From positions 32,001 to 96,000 of the forward strand of contig JAPDJW010000003.1 in NCBI GenBank assembly GCA_029258885.1: a stretch of 64,000 nucleotides of DNA, read 5' to 3'. Every line of letters begins with the position of its first letter. The first letter of the stretch is position 1. Below the pieces are notes generated by a model, which saw only the letters and a program-made list of their open reading frames with translations, was not told the origin of the DNA and made no database searches. This document shows, piece by piece, positions 48,859 through 58,663 of this stretch. A program made the translations under genes and the position numbers. This DNA comes from Thermoproteota archaeon. Lineage in GTDB: Archaea; Thermoproteota; Thermoprotei; Thermofilales; B9-G17.

Positions 48859-48945
48859 AGGGAGATGATCCAATCTGTAAGCTAGATTATAGCTATAAAA
48901 ATACGGCTATATTTTATGTATTAAATATTCGTCTATATGCTTATG

Positions 48946-49803
48946 TTAAATTAAGGTTCCTCTCTTAAAGTGTTTTTTGAGGCCGAGTTTGAATAATAGA
49001 TAGCCTATGAGGGGAAATGCTATGGCTTGGATAATTAGGATCTCGAGTGATAATGTATCGATGCCCTTACCGATTAGTAGTATGTTTCTCAAGCATGTTA
49101 GCGTATGGGTATGTGGGAGAATTAGTGCAATATATTGGAGAGCTATGGGTAGTGTTTCTACGGGAAAGTATGTGCCGGAGATTATTTTCGAGAGTAGCCT
49201 TATAGTCCATTGAACAGGTTCAGCGCCTCTATAGACTCCTATATAAAGATAGACGCCAGCTGAAACCATGCCTATTCCTAAGGTAGCTATAATTCCAAGT
49301 ATAAAGGTTAATAAGGCCAGTAGTAGTCCATCCGGCGATATATTCAGCCTCAGTCCGAATCCCAGGTAGCCGACAAGCAGGTATATTACAGCTATAATAC
49401 ACGTCCTAAAATACTCCCAGAACATTACCCCAATTAGCCAGTAGCGGTGTTCAATATTATACATGCTTAAGTACTCCTGATAGCTCAACCTTTGAAGGGC
49501 CGTTGAATAACTGCTTTGAAAGAGGTTTCTAACGATCGAAAATATGCCGGAGACGTTATAGTTCAGGAATCTACTTGCAATTATCCCAATTAAAAGGAAG
49601 TGTATTGGGTTAACGCTGTACTTTTCCTCGAAAGCGTACGATCCCCCCAGCGCATTAACAAAGAAAAACCACAGTAAAATATCTATCACTAACTGCACAA
49701 CCTCGAACGGAAACACCCATACAAAGTACGCGTATTTAGTTGCAAAATGCATTTTACCCATAGCCTTTATCACTCTAACTAAAAGCTTAAACCTAACTAT
49801 CAT
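48946..49803 (-). CDS. ABC-2 type exporter permease
   Basis: 6 TM, ISGTYFPVETLP.ALQ. Confidence 0.9.
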   Translation of the reverse strand: MIVRFKLLVRVIKAMGKMHFATKYAYFVWVFPFEVVQLVIDILLWFFFVNALGGSYAFEEKYSVNPIHFLLIGIIASRFLNYNVSGIFSIVRNLFQSSYSTALQRLSYQEYLSMYNIEHRYWLIGVMFWEYFRTCIIAVIYLLVGYLGFGLRLNISPDGLLLALLTFILGIIATLGIGMVSAGVYLYIGVYRGAEPVQWTIRLLSKIISGTYFPVETLPIALQYIALILPHTHTLTCLRNILLIGKGIDTLSLEILIIQAIAFPLIGYLLFKLGLKKHFKRGTLI

Positions 49804-50834
49804 TTCTCAACACCCAGATACATTATATAGGCCTCCTCAAAGCTCCTCGGAATAACCTTTATCCTCCTAACATACCCCTCCCGTAGGCTAGAAACAATCT
49901 CCTTTAAAAGTTCATAGGCTTCGGAGGAGGAACAGTATATTCTAGCCCTATTCCCTGACACTTCAACTTCACCGCCTAACGTAAATACATCCCTATACCC
50001 GTTGTAAAGCTCGATCTCGATGCATGTATCTTTACCCTTAAAAACGGTATTTGTAAAGTCTAATGTCGTTCCATAGAATAACTTCCTACCCCTACATAAA
50101 ATCAGTACCTTATCAAATACATCGACAAGCTCCGAGGGGTAATGGGTCGCATATATCACAGTCCTCCCCTCCCTCTTCAGCTCCTCAAGAAGCCTCTTAA
50201 AAAGCATCCTACCCTCAGGGGATAAAGCCACCGCAGGCTCATCAAACAAGTAGAGATCCGCCTCCTTAGCTAAGTGCAACGCAAGGACGGCTCTAGCCAC
50301 TAACCCAGTCGATAATGCGCCAAGCCTGGTATCCAGATAGTCTTTAAGGTCAAATAAATCAGCCATCTTTAAAGCCCTCGCAGGATTTAATCCGAGAAGC
50401 TCACAGGTTATCATAAGGTTCCTTTCAACACTTAACGCCGCATCAAAAAACGCTGTACCCAGCATTACGTTTGGAATAAGCGATACCCTCCTCCTCACTT
50501 CACGTAAATGCTCCCTACTACTATATGGATCTTCCCCGAAGATCTTCAGACTACCTTTAGAGTACGGAAGTATTCCAGCTAATATCTTAAGCAGAGTAGT
50601 CTTGCCAGCGCCATTCGGCCCCAGCATTAGAACGAACTCCGATTCCCTAACAGTAAAAGATACGTCGCGGAGAGCATAGCTAACACTCTCATATTGCCCC
50701 TTAAGCCTCCTATAAACGTAGTTCACAATAGCAGTAGGCATATTAATTGGACCACCTACAGTCTTAGCCTTCCTAAATGATCTCCACAAATTCCTGGCCT
50801 CCACCACTATGTTACCACAAGATTGCTCTATCAC
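49800..50834 (-). CDS. ABC exporter ATP-binding protein
   Basis: GPNGAGKTT, degenerate signature LSTG, FDEP, ATH; C-terminal SFEEAY. Confidence 0.92.
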   Translation of the reverse strand: MIEQSCGNIVVEARNLWRSFRKAKTVGGPINMPTAIVNYVYRRLKGQYESVSYALRDVSFTVRESEFVLMLGPNGAGKTTLLKILAGILPYSKGSLKIFGEDPYSSREHLREVRRRVSLIPNVMLGTAFFDAALSVERNLMITCELLGLNPARALKMADLFDLKDYLDTRLGALSTGLVARAVLALHLAKEADLYLFDEPAVALSPEGRMLFKRLLEELKREGRTVIYATHYPSELVDVFDKVLILCRGRKLFYGTTLDFTNTVFKGKDTCIEIELYNGYRDVFTLGGEVEVSGNRARIYCSSSEAYELLKEIVSSLREGYVRRIKVIPRSFEEAYIMYLGVEK

Positions 50835-50849
50835 GGATATCCCCCAATA

Positions 50850-51051
50850 CCGATACCACCAGTCCCGGCTCTAGGTAACTGGAAATATTACTTTTAACTT
50901 CATTGGGCGATATACAATATTTCAAACTAAGCCCACTAATTATCTCTCTAATTCTACACCCATATACCGGATACAGTTTTATTTAACCCCCTCCCAAAAA
51001 TATCTCCTATATTTCATCCTTCTCAGATAAGAAATCTGGTTTTTCAACATA
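50850..51051 (-). pseudogene. Degraded PqqD/RiPP-recognition-element-like gene
   Basis: Three frame-shifted pieces: YVEKPDFLSEKDEI*, GLNKTVSGIWV*, CRIREIISGLSLKYCISPNEVKSNISSYLEPGLV. Confidence 0.55.
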
Positions 51052-51209
51052 GCCCACCAATATATAATGAAACTACCTAATATTTTTTCCTTTGTAAGGA
51101 GGAATAAAATAATAATCACCTAAACTCATACCCATTCCTGCCAATATCCTAGTTAATAATAGTATTTACTTACGTAAATATTGTAGGGAGAAGATTGTAG
51201 GGGTGAAGA

Positions 51210-53102
51210 TTAATTTTCCTGTAGGTTCCTCAGCTTATACGTTTTCCTCAATTTAAATTCGGCTCTCCTACCTATGTTCCAGTTTCCAACTGGCCTATAG
51301 TAGCCTACGATTCTGCTCCAAACACTTGTATCTGAGCTGCAGCGGGGACATTTCCATACCACGCCCACGGTATTCCAGCCGCACCTCCTACATACGCTTA
51401 TAGACGGCGTTATGCTGAAGTAAACCACCTTGGTGTTCTCACATATTCTACGTATAAGGTTTCTAAGAGCCCTTGTATCCGGTGCTTCACTTAGAAATAT
51501 GTGCATCATAACTCCTCCAGTAAACTCCTGCTGGACTAAACCCTCCCATTCAGCCCTCAAATATACTGGAACATCAGCATAGTATGGGACAACGCTATTG
51601 CTGTAAAATGGTGCAACTCCATCAGTAGGTATAGCTACTCGATCCATCTCATCCCTGCGTTTAAACAGCTTCGTATCAAGTAGCGCCAGCCTATAGCTCG
51701 TATACTCCCCGGGCACTTCCTCGACATTATATAGACAGCCGTCCTCCTCCTCACATTCGATACAATACCTCCTTACTGCTTCAACCATTCTGCGTTCAAT
51801 ATCCACTGCCTCCCTCATTTCCCTCCTGGAGCCATTAAGCCAAAGCCTAGGGTTCCCCATGAAGTTTGCAGCGGCCTCAGGCAGGCCTATTAAACCGAAT
51901 GTATTGTAGTGGTTCCAGAAGTGGCTTAAATAAATTCTAGTTATAGGCATTAATCCACTATTTAGTGATTTCATGTACCTCTTCCTCAATGTTAATAGAA
52001 CTCGTCGAGCAAGCTCAAGCCGCTCCCTTAACATATCCTCGAATACATCCCACTCCCCTCTACTGAGGGCGGCGATTCTAGGCAGGTTAACTGTAACTAC
52101 CCCTATACTGCCCGTAGCATCTGGAAGAGCCCAAATACCCCTAGTACCTCCAACCTTTCCAAGCTCATCCTTAAGCCTAAGTTTAACCCTCGAGATATCC
52201 ACTGTTAATCTACAGCACATAGCATACAATGCCTCCACATCCGTCGCATAGCCGTTTAATAGGTAGGCTACACCCCTCCTTGCAAGCCCCTCAAATATTA
52301 TATCAGTAAGCTCCCCCCACCTCCTGCCGTTCCAGTCGAAGTCTCTAGTAACCATTAACGTCGGTATAGGGAATGTGAAGGGCTGACCAAGGCTATCGCC
52401 CTCGAGATACAGTTCAAAAAGTGCCTTAGAGAAGAGCAGGGCTTCATCTATATAGTCGCCTATTAATCCAGCGGATTTACCTGCAACCCTAACCTTAACG
52501 TCGAGCAGTCTCCTAGAAACATCAAGGAACAATGTTATGTTGGTAAATGGAGTCTGCATCCCAAGCCTAGCTGGTACGTTAAGCTGATAGAGCATGCTTT
52601 GAAGCCTCTGCTTAACCCTCCTATAGCTTAGATTATCAAATCTAATGAATGGAGCTAGAAATAAATCGACTGCCGAGAACGCCTGAGCCCCAGTCCACTC
52701 CTGCTGAGCCACATACAGGAAATCAACTATCTGTGAGAGAGCTGACTCAAAGTGCTTAGGCGGTCCAGCAATTACAGCCGGAGTCTTTAATCCCACTGAA
52801 ATTATTCTACTAATAGACCATCCGGTGCAGTACGGTATCCAAAGGGAGTAGGGCAGCTTATGGATGTGTATATCCCCGTTAACGTGAGCCCTAACGGCTT
52901 CGGAAGGAAGATATTTAGACAGTACATCCTCTGTTTTAAGCAGTTTATCCAGCATGAAGTCTATAAAGGAGCCCATCGATACGGTCATGTTAGCATTCTC
53001 ATATACCTCCTGATCCCTACCGCTTAGATAGCTTTCCTCAATCTCCAGTATCTTGTCTCCAATTTCCACATTAAAATAGTACACATAGAAGCGTATAAAC
53101 AT
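51210..53102 (-). CDS. nrdD: Anaerobic (class III) ribonucleoside-triphosphate reductase, no ATP cone
   Basis: ENAN, PYCTG, QPFTFPIPT, AMCCRL, CRRC/CPRC Zn site, SRIVGYYRP glycyl loop; true start probably near 53048. Confidence 0.96.
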   Translation of the reverse strand: MFIRFYVYYFNVEIGDKILEIEESYLSGRDQEVYENANMTVSMGSFIDFMLDKLLKTEDVLSKYLPSEAVRAHVNGDIHIHKLPYSLWIPYCTGWSISRIISVGLKTPAVIAGPPKHFESALSQIVDFLYVAQQEWTGAQAFSAVDLFLAPFIRFDNLSYRRVKQRLQSMLYQLNVPARLGMQTPFTNITLFLDVSRRLLDVKVRVAGKSAGLIGDYIDEALLFSKALFELYLEGDSLGQPFTFPIPTLMVTRDFDWNGRRWGELTDIIFEGLARRGVAYLLNGYATDVEALYAMCCRLTVDISRVKLRLKDELGKVGGTRGIWALPDATGSIGVVTVNLPRIAALSRGEWDVFEDMLRERLELARRVLLTLRKRYMKSLNSGLMPITRIYLSHFWNHYNTFGLIGLPEAAANFMGNPRLWLNGSRREMREAVDIERRMVEAVRRYCIECEEEDGCLYNVEEVPGEYTSYRLALLDTKLFKRRDEMDRVAIPTDGVAPFYSNSVVPYYADVPVYLRAEWEGLVQQEFTGGVMMHIFLSEAPDTRALRNLIRRICENTKVVYFSITPSISVCRRCGWNTVGVVWKCPRCSSDTSVWSRIVGYYRPVGNWNIGRRAEFKLRKTYKLRNLQEN

Positions 53103-53168
53103 ATAGCTATATGGGCTAAATTTAATTTAACAAGTAAACGAATGTAGGTTTCCAAGCTTTAGATTCCG

Positions 53169-53795
53169 TTACTGCTTAACTCCTCTTATACATACGAATC
53201 CACGCCTGCTCGGTATGGGAGAGGGTTCCTCGCGTATGGGCTCAAGCGATGATAGCGTTGCTGAATACTCCTCTATCTTAAAGCCTGCTCTCTCCATAAG
53301 CTCCTCAACTTCCCTTAGGCTGTATAATCTAGCATATTTAAAAAACACGCTCTTACCCTCTCTCCTAAGCTCTTCATAGTATCTTCCCCATACGGAATCC
53401 CTTGGCACAGTACACACTATAATTGATCCACCCTTCCTCAGAACCCTCCAAGCCTCCTCCAAAACCATTAAGGGCTTCTCGAGGAATGAGAGAGTCAATA
53501 TTAAAAGCACGTTATCGAACACCCCAGATCCAAACGGCAACTTCTCACCGAAGGCCTGAACCACATCAACTCCACGAGACCTCGCCTTAAACAGTGGCTT
53601 ACGGGCTGGATCAACGCCCAAGTCAACGCCTAGTCTCCAGGCGAAGTATCCCGTCCCGACACCTATCTCAAGACTTAACCCAGGCCTTAAAAGCCGCCCT
53701 ACAGCCCTAACCTCATTCTCGGCAATAACCCTATTCTCCAAATACCATTTATCGTATAGGTCACAATATTCATCAAAGATCCTATAGCTAACCAC
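53169..53795 (-). CDS. Class I SAM-dependent methyltransferase
   Basis: LEIGVGTG, GVDPA, EKLPF, VLRKGG. Confidence 0.93.
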   Translation of the reverse strand: MVSYRIFDEYCDLYDKWYLENRVIAENEVRAVGRLLRPGLSLEIGVGTGYFAWRLGVDLGVDPARKPLFKARSRGVDVVQAFGEKLPFGSGVFDNVLLILTLSFLEKPLMVLEEAWRVLRKGGSIIVCTVPRDSVWGRYYEELRREGKSVFFKYARLYSLREVEELMERAGFKIEEYSATLSSLEPIREEPSPIPSRRGFVCIRGVKQ

Positions 53796-54069
53796 GATAA
53801 ACCACTCCCACTACATCTTCAGTCAAACGACTCCTAACATTTATCCTTTACGTGCCCAGATATGCTTATTCATCCTTTTTGTAATCAGCTTAGTTTGGGG
53901 AGATATGCCTCCTACGTATAGGGGCTGTTAAGCCTCAAGATAACCTGCCATGGCATAGTATCGGAGTATGGTGTAGGGACTAGAAGGCTATAGCCTATCA
54001 TATAAGGTGGCTTAAGTTGTCTGAGTTTTTATAAATAGAAATTTATATAACTTCCGCTCCTATTTATTC

Positions 54070-55461
54070 ATGAACAGATATGTTGTACTAATTGTAATTA
54101 TCCTGATAGTCTCCATAGTTGCTGCCACATTTATTTTCTGGAATCCCTTCCAGCAGGAAAGAAGCCCTGAGGATATTCTAAATCAGCTGTATTCAATTCA
54201 TCCCTCCCCGAGCGCAGCTGAGAAGGGCGAGCCACCTATAAACGTTATCTTCGTACTACACATCGAGCCATGCTTAGATAAAAGCGGATACATGTATATG
54301 AGTAGCAGTAGGATTTATCAGGAGTATAACGAGGTTAAGCAGGAGCTGCAGTGGCTCCTAAACTTCTGCTCCCAAACGGGAGTAAAGATGACCGCCCTAT
54401 TCAACGGCTGGTATATGCAGGTGGCACTGCGGAAAAACGACCTAAATCATCTAAAGTATCTCCTAAGCGCTGGACACGAGATAGGCACCCACGCCCACAG
54501 TATATGCTACGATAAGGCGAAGGATGCATGGCATAGATGCAGCCAACCTGACAGGTGGTTTGCGGATGCGAAGAAGGCAATCGATGAAGTCCTCTCTAAA
54601 ATCGGGATGGGGAAGAACCGTGTAATGTGCGCCATGTTCGAGAGGGGGAAATACGCTCAAGAGTGTGCTTTAATGCAGAAATACGGCTTCGATATAGGGC
54701 TTGGAAACAGGCCGGAGATAGCGTTAAACTACTTTGGACACATCGCCTGGAACCCCTGGAGGGCGAGCTGCGTCGACGACTACTCCTCCTGCCTAGCTGA
54801 GAATTTCTCAACACCCTTCGTAAGCATAGACCATAGAGCACAGATAGGATCCACAACCGCTCATGGAGGCGTAGATTCACGCTCCAACACGCTTAAGAGG
54901 CAGTTCCTCATGATCTTCCTAGAATGGAAGGTTAGGGAAGCCTACGACATCGAGGATAAGGTGTGGAGCTGGGGAGTCGTCCACCACCCCAACTATGGAT
55001 CAAGATACCACGACCACATAGAGGACTTCTTCACATGGCTAAACAAATACTTCATAAACAAGAAGACCGTTAAAGGATATACCATAGCCGTCTACGCAAC
55101 AGCATCCCAGGTAGCCGACGAATACTATAGCTGGGAGAAGAACCACCCCGGCAGGTCATCGTTCAGCTACACGGAGGGAGGAAAGTACCCATACTATACA
55201 GAGTTTGCGAAAAACATACTTCTCAACTCAGAGTACCAGGGAGAGGAACAGCTATCCAACGACGTCATCGCATTCATACTGAAGAACAGTAAAGGCTACG
55301 TAATAGTCCTATGGAATAAAGGCGGAGGAATAAAAACAGTAGACCTCACAAAATACTTCAGCGGCGAAGTAAAGCTCTGCACACCATGGGGAACATACGT
55401 CACACTAAAACCAAACAACATCCCAATAGGCGACATACCACTAATTGTAGTAAAAAGCTAA
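54070..55461 (+). CDS. Membrane-anchored NodB/polysaccharide deacetylase-like barrel protein
   Basis: Signal anchor, VLHIEP, GHEIGTHAH, VVHHP. Confidence 0.65.
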   Translation: MNRYVVLIVIILIVSIVAATFIFWNPFQQERSPEDILNQLYSIHPSPSAAEKGEPPINVIFVLHIEPCLDKSGYMYMSSSRIYQEYNEVKQELQWLLNFCSQTGVKMTALFNGWYMQVALRKNDLNHLKYLLSAGHEIGTHAHSICYDKAKDAWHRCSQPDRWFADAKKAIDEVLSKIGMGKNRVMCAMFERGKYAQECALMQKYGFDIGLGNRPEIALNYFGHIAWNPWRASCVDDYSSCLAENFSTPFVSIDHRAQIGSTTAHGGVDSRSNTLKRQFLMIFLEWKVREAYDIEDKVWSWGVVHHPNYGSRYHDHIEDFFTWLNKYFINKKTVKGYTIAVYATASQVADEYYSWEKNHPGRSSFSYTEGGKYPYYTEFAKNILLNSEYQGEEQLSNDVIAFILKNSKGYVIVLWNKGGGIKTVDLTKYFSGEVKLCTPWGTYVTLKPNNIPIGDIPLIVVKS

Positions 55462-55537
55462 CCTAACTTAATCCCTAAAACGGCAATATCTTAAGGATTC
55501 TAAATAAACTATATATTGTCTACTGAGAATAGTATGA

Positions 55538-56557
55538 TTGTCGGTGCATGAAATGAGCAACATTTTAATTGAAAGCATAGAAATCTCTGAGTTTCGAGGC
55601 ATTAGAAAGCTGAAGAGCCCCCTAAACCTAACATCCTTCAACGTATTAATTGGAAGAAATAACGTAGGGAAATCCGCAGTTCTAGAGGCCCTATACTTCC
55701 TAACAAGACCTCACCTTGAAACAGTATATCCTTACTGGAAGAACATATTCAGTTTTATAGCGGGACTACACGGCGGCTCATCATCCTTAATATACGGCTA
55801 TGCTGGAGAGGCAGTGCTAAAATACAGCCTTAGACATAAATCATCGGTAAGAAGGGTACGTATCGTAATTAACCGCAATGGATTAAAGAGCTTAACCATC
55901 GACGAAGTAGAAGCTGACCCCAGTAAATATGTTAAATTCCTGAATTCGCTTGGCTTAAGTGTAGATACTAATATTCTGGCACTATATATTCCAAACAACA
56001 GTTCAGCTTACAGTGTAATCTCAAGGTTTATGCTGAAAGACGAGGTCTGGTCTTATATTGAGAAAAGAGGATTACATAGCAAGGTTGTAAAGGAGCTCCT
56101 AGCTCCAGCACTATACGACAGGTTTACAGAGGTCACAATTAAGAAAAATAAACTATGCATAAGAAAAGAGGTAAGCGAGACCATAGGGCCCCTCTATATA
56201 GACGTGAATTCGCTTGGCGAGGGAGTTAAAAGATGTATCCTAGCATACTTAGCCATAGAGTACCTAAATCCGAGAGTAGTATTGTGGGATGATATAGAGG
56301 TTGCAGTACATCCAAGCCTACTAGAGACAATGCTAAAGTGGCTCGCAAATTCGGGAAGACAAGTCGTTTTAACGACACACAGTATAGACGTCCTACATAC
56401 CCTCACGAGAATACAGCCTAAGGATCTAAAAGTTATAGTACTCAAGAAGAGTAGAGAGGATGTTGTTCAGCATCAATCACTAACCTTAGATGAAGTCGAG
56501 GATCTCTTCGAATCAGGAATCGATTTAAGGAAGATTATTGAGGAGCTTAAACTATGA
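55538..56557 (+). CDS. ABC-type (AAA_15/AAA_21) ATPase, OLD/PARIS-like
   Basis: IEISEFRGI, GRNNVGKS, LGEG, DDIEVAVHP, TTHS. Confidence 0.9.
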   Translation: MSVHEMSNILIESIEISEFRGIRKLKSPLNLTSFNVLIGRNNVGKSAVLEALYFLTRPHLETVYPYWKNIFSFIAGLHGGSSSLIYGYAGEAVLKYSLRHKSSVRRVRIVINRNGLKSLTIDEVEADPSKYVKFLNSLGLSVDTNILALYIPNNSSAYSVISRFMLKDEVWSYIEKRGLHSKVVKELLAPALYDRFTEVTIKKNKLCIRKEVSETIGPLYIDVNSLGEGVKRCILAYLAIEYLNPRVVLWDDIEVAVHPSLLETMLKWLANSGRQVVLTTHSIDVLHTLTRIQPKDLKVIVLKKSREDVVQHQSLTLDEVEDLFESGIDLRKIIEELKL

Positions 56558-56628
56558 GAATCGTGGAGGCTGGTTTAAAGGGTAAGGTTCATGCCTTTAT
56601 TCTAACAGGAAAAGGCCTAGAGACATAA
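56554..56628 (+). pseudogene. Truncated coupled partner of the ATPase
   Basis: ATGA overlap with the ATPase stop; encodes only MRIVEAGLKGKVHAFILTGKGLET*. Confidence 0.45.
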
Positions 56629-56789
56629 GAATAATGAGCGAGTTAGCCAGTAAATATAATCATAGCAAGATACTTAAGTATCCAGTACTACCTATTGGAA
56701 GAGCCACAGTTTAATAAAAATAAACCTTAAGATGATAGTGAGTGAAGAAGTACTATTGGTATTGATACTTATGCACATGCTATGAGAGG

Positions 56790-57278
56790 ATGATGTTCAT
56801 GGAGATAGTTTATAGGCCTATTGGTGTTATAAGGACTCCATTTAAGAGTCCGGTTGGTGTTCCGATACAGCCGCCAGCTGGAAGGGGAGTTAGGGGTGTT
56901 GTTGAGGTTTTCCCAGAGTACGTGGAGGGGTTAAAGGATCTGGAGGGCTTCTCATACATCATATTGATTTACCACTTCCATCTGGTTAAGAGGTACTCGT
57001 TAAGGGTTACTCCGTACATGGATAGTGAGGCTAGAGGCGTGTTTGCAACGCGTGCACCAGCTAGACCTAATCCTATTGGGATATCGATCGTTAAGCTGGT
57101 GAAGATTGAGGGGAATAAGCTCTACATAGAGGACGTCGATATAGTCGACGGTACACCGCTCCTCGATATAAAACCCTACGTCCCTGAATTCGACTATAGG
57201 CCGAATGCTAGGATTGGATGGCTTGAAAAGAGAGTTAAAAAGCTTAAGAATACGAGAGACGATGGAAGATTCATGTAA
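56790..57278 (+). CDS. trmO: tRNA (t6A37-N6)-methyltransferase TrmO/TsaA
   Basis: RPIGVIRTPF, GVFATRAPARPNPIG, DGTPLLDIKPY. Confidence 0.95.
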   Translation: MMFMEIVYRPIGVIRTPFKSPVGVPIQPPAGRGVRGVVEVFPEYVEGLKDLEGFSYIILIYHFHLVKRYSLRVTPYMDSEARGVFATRAPARPNPIGISIVKLVKIEGNKLYIEDVDIVDGTPLLDIKPYVPEFDYRPNARIGWLEKRVKKLKNTRDDGRFM

Positions 57279-57587
57279 ACAGCCATCATCACCTGTTTAT
57301 CTATATTAAAGATTATTCGGGCTAATAGTTTTCCATACATCAACCTATAGCTATGCTTTTGACAAGTTAATTAAAGTTAACCTTCATAAATGTTTAGGTG
57401 ATTGTTCCTGAGAGAATAGCCTCCCTATTCAAGTATTTAAAGGCTATATTGGAGGAGGAATAAAGAATTATTAAGTTGCTTGAAGTGGGATAAGTGTATT
57501 ATCTGGCTGAAGGAATATCGTATATCACTTTTCATTGATATTTTCCATATGGGTAGAGTTTTATATTGCGATGAAGTTAAATAGGGT

Positions 57588-58622
57588 ATGTGTGAGTTGC
57601 TTGCGTTATCTTTTAATATGTCGGTTAACTTCAAGCTTTCAATTAAAGTATTTAGGCGGAGGGGAGAAGTTAATCCTGATGGCTGGGGGATAGCGTTCTA
57701 TCCCGATGAAGCTGCTGTGGTGATAAAGGAGCCAGCGTCCTCCATCGGCAGTAGGCTATTTAATTTCCTTATGAGTTATAGTGAAGTATCATCTAGGATT
57801 TTTATAGCTCATGTTAGGCTTGCTAGTAGGGGAGAAATAGCCTATAAAAATACTCACCCATTTATCAGGGAGCTAAATGGAAGAGACTATGTATTTGCGC
57901 ATAATGGAACTATTCGTGACTATAAGAGGTTTAGGCTGGGCAGATTTAAGCCTATTGGGGAAACAGATTCTGAATACATCTTCTGTCATCTTCTCTCGGA
58001 AATTGAAAGGAGAGGTGTAGTATCGTGGAGCAGAGAAGATTTTAGCTGGCTTCACGGTAAATTTAGGGCATTAAATAAATATGGTAGTTTAAACTGCCTG
58101 CTTTCAGATGGAGAATACCTCTTTGCATACCATGATATAGAAGGCTATAATGGCTTACACTATGTTTGGAGAGGATCACCTTTCCCTAAGGTTAAGCTTC
58201 TCGATGAGGACTTCGAAATAGATCTACAAGAAATTAAAGATCCTAGAGAGAGGGGCTACGTAGTTGCCACGAAGCCTTTAACAAGCGAGGAATGGCTAAG
58301 CTTTACGCCCGGTGAACTCATAGTTTTTAGGGACGGTGAAATCGTATATAGGAGTTCGATGCCAAAGCTATCTAGTGAGGAAGTTAACGTATTAAAGTTC
58401 ATTAGAGAAAGTCCTCATAGAGTTAGCCTAAAGATGATCTCTAGTGAATACTCATTACCCATAGACCATGCCAGGGACATCATTAGAAGGCTATTGTGCA
58501 AGGGATTAATTAAACAGGATAGCAGGGATAGAGTAGGATGGAGCAGTCAAGATGCAACATTCTACACTAATCCTCCCTTGAGGGATGAAATAGATCATTT
58601 ACTGTACCTTCAAGTCGAATAG
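57588..58622 (+). CDS. Class II glutamine amidotransferase (YafJ/EgtC-like) with C-terminal winged helix
   Basis: N-terminal MCELL (Ntn Cys), NPDGWG, AHVR, NTHPF, FAHNG, GETDSE; about 80 aa wHTH-like tail. Confidence 0.92.
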   Translation: MCELLALSFNMSVNFKLSIKVFRRRGEVNPDGWGIAFYPDEAAVVIKEPASSIGSRLFNFLMSYSEVSSRIFIAHVRLASRGEIAYKNTHPFIRELNGRDYVFAHNGTIRDYKRFRLGRFKPIGETDSEYIFCHLLSEIERRGVVSWSREDFSWLHGKFRALNKYGSLNCLLSDGEYLFAYHDIEGYNGLHYVWRGSPFPKVKLLDEDFEIDLQEIKDPRERGYVVATKPLTSEEWLSFTPGELIVFRDGEIVYRSSMPKLSSEEVNVLKFIRESPHRVSLKMISSEYSLPIDHARDIIRRLLCKGLIKQDSRDRVGWSSQDATFYTNPPLRDEIDHLLYLQVE

Positions 58623-58663
58623 GAGGAGAATTAAATAAATAATATTGAATTTTTCCTCCTATG

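Noticed and set aside
51210-53102. Intein in NrdD
   Set aside because: Length is normal and there are no splicing or LAGLIDADG motifs
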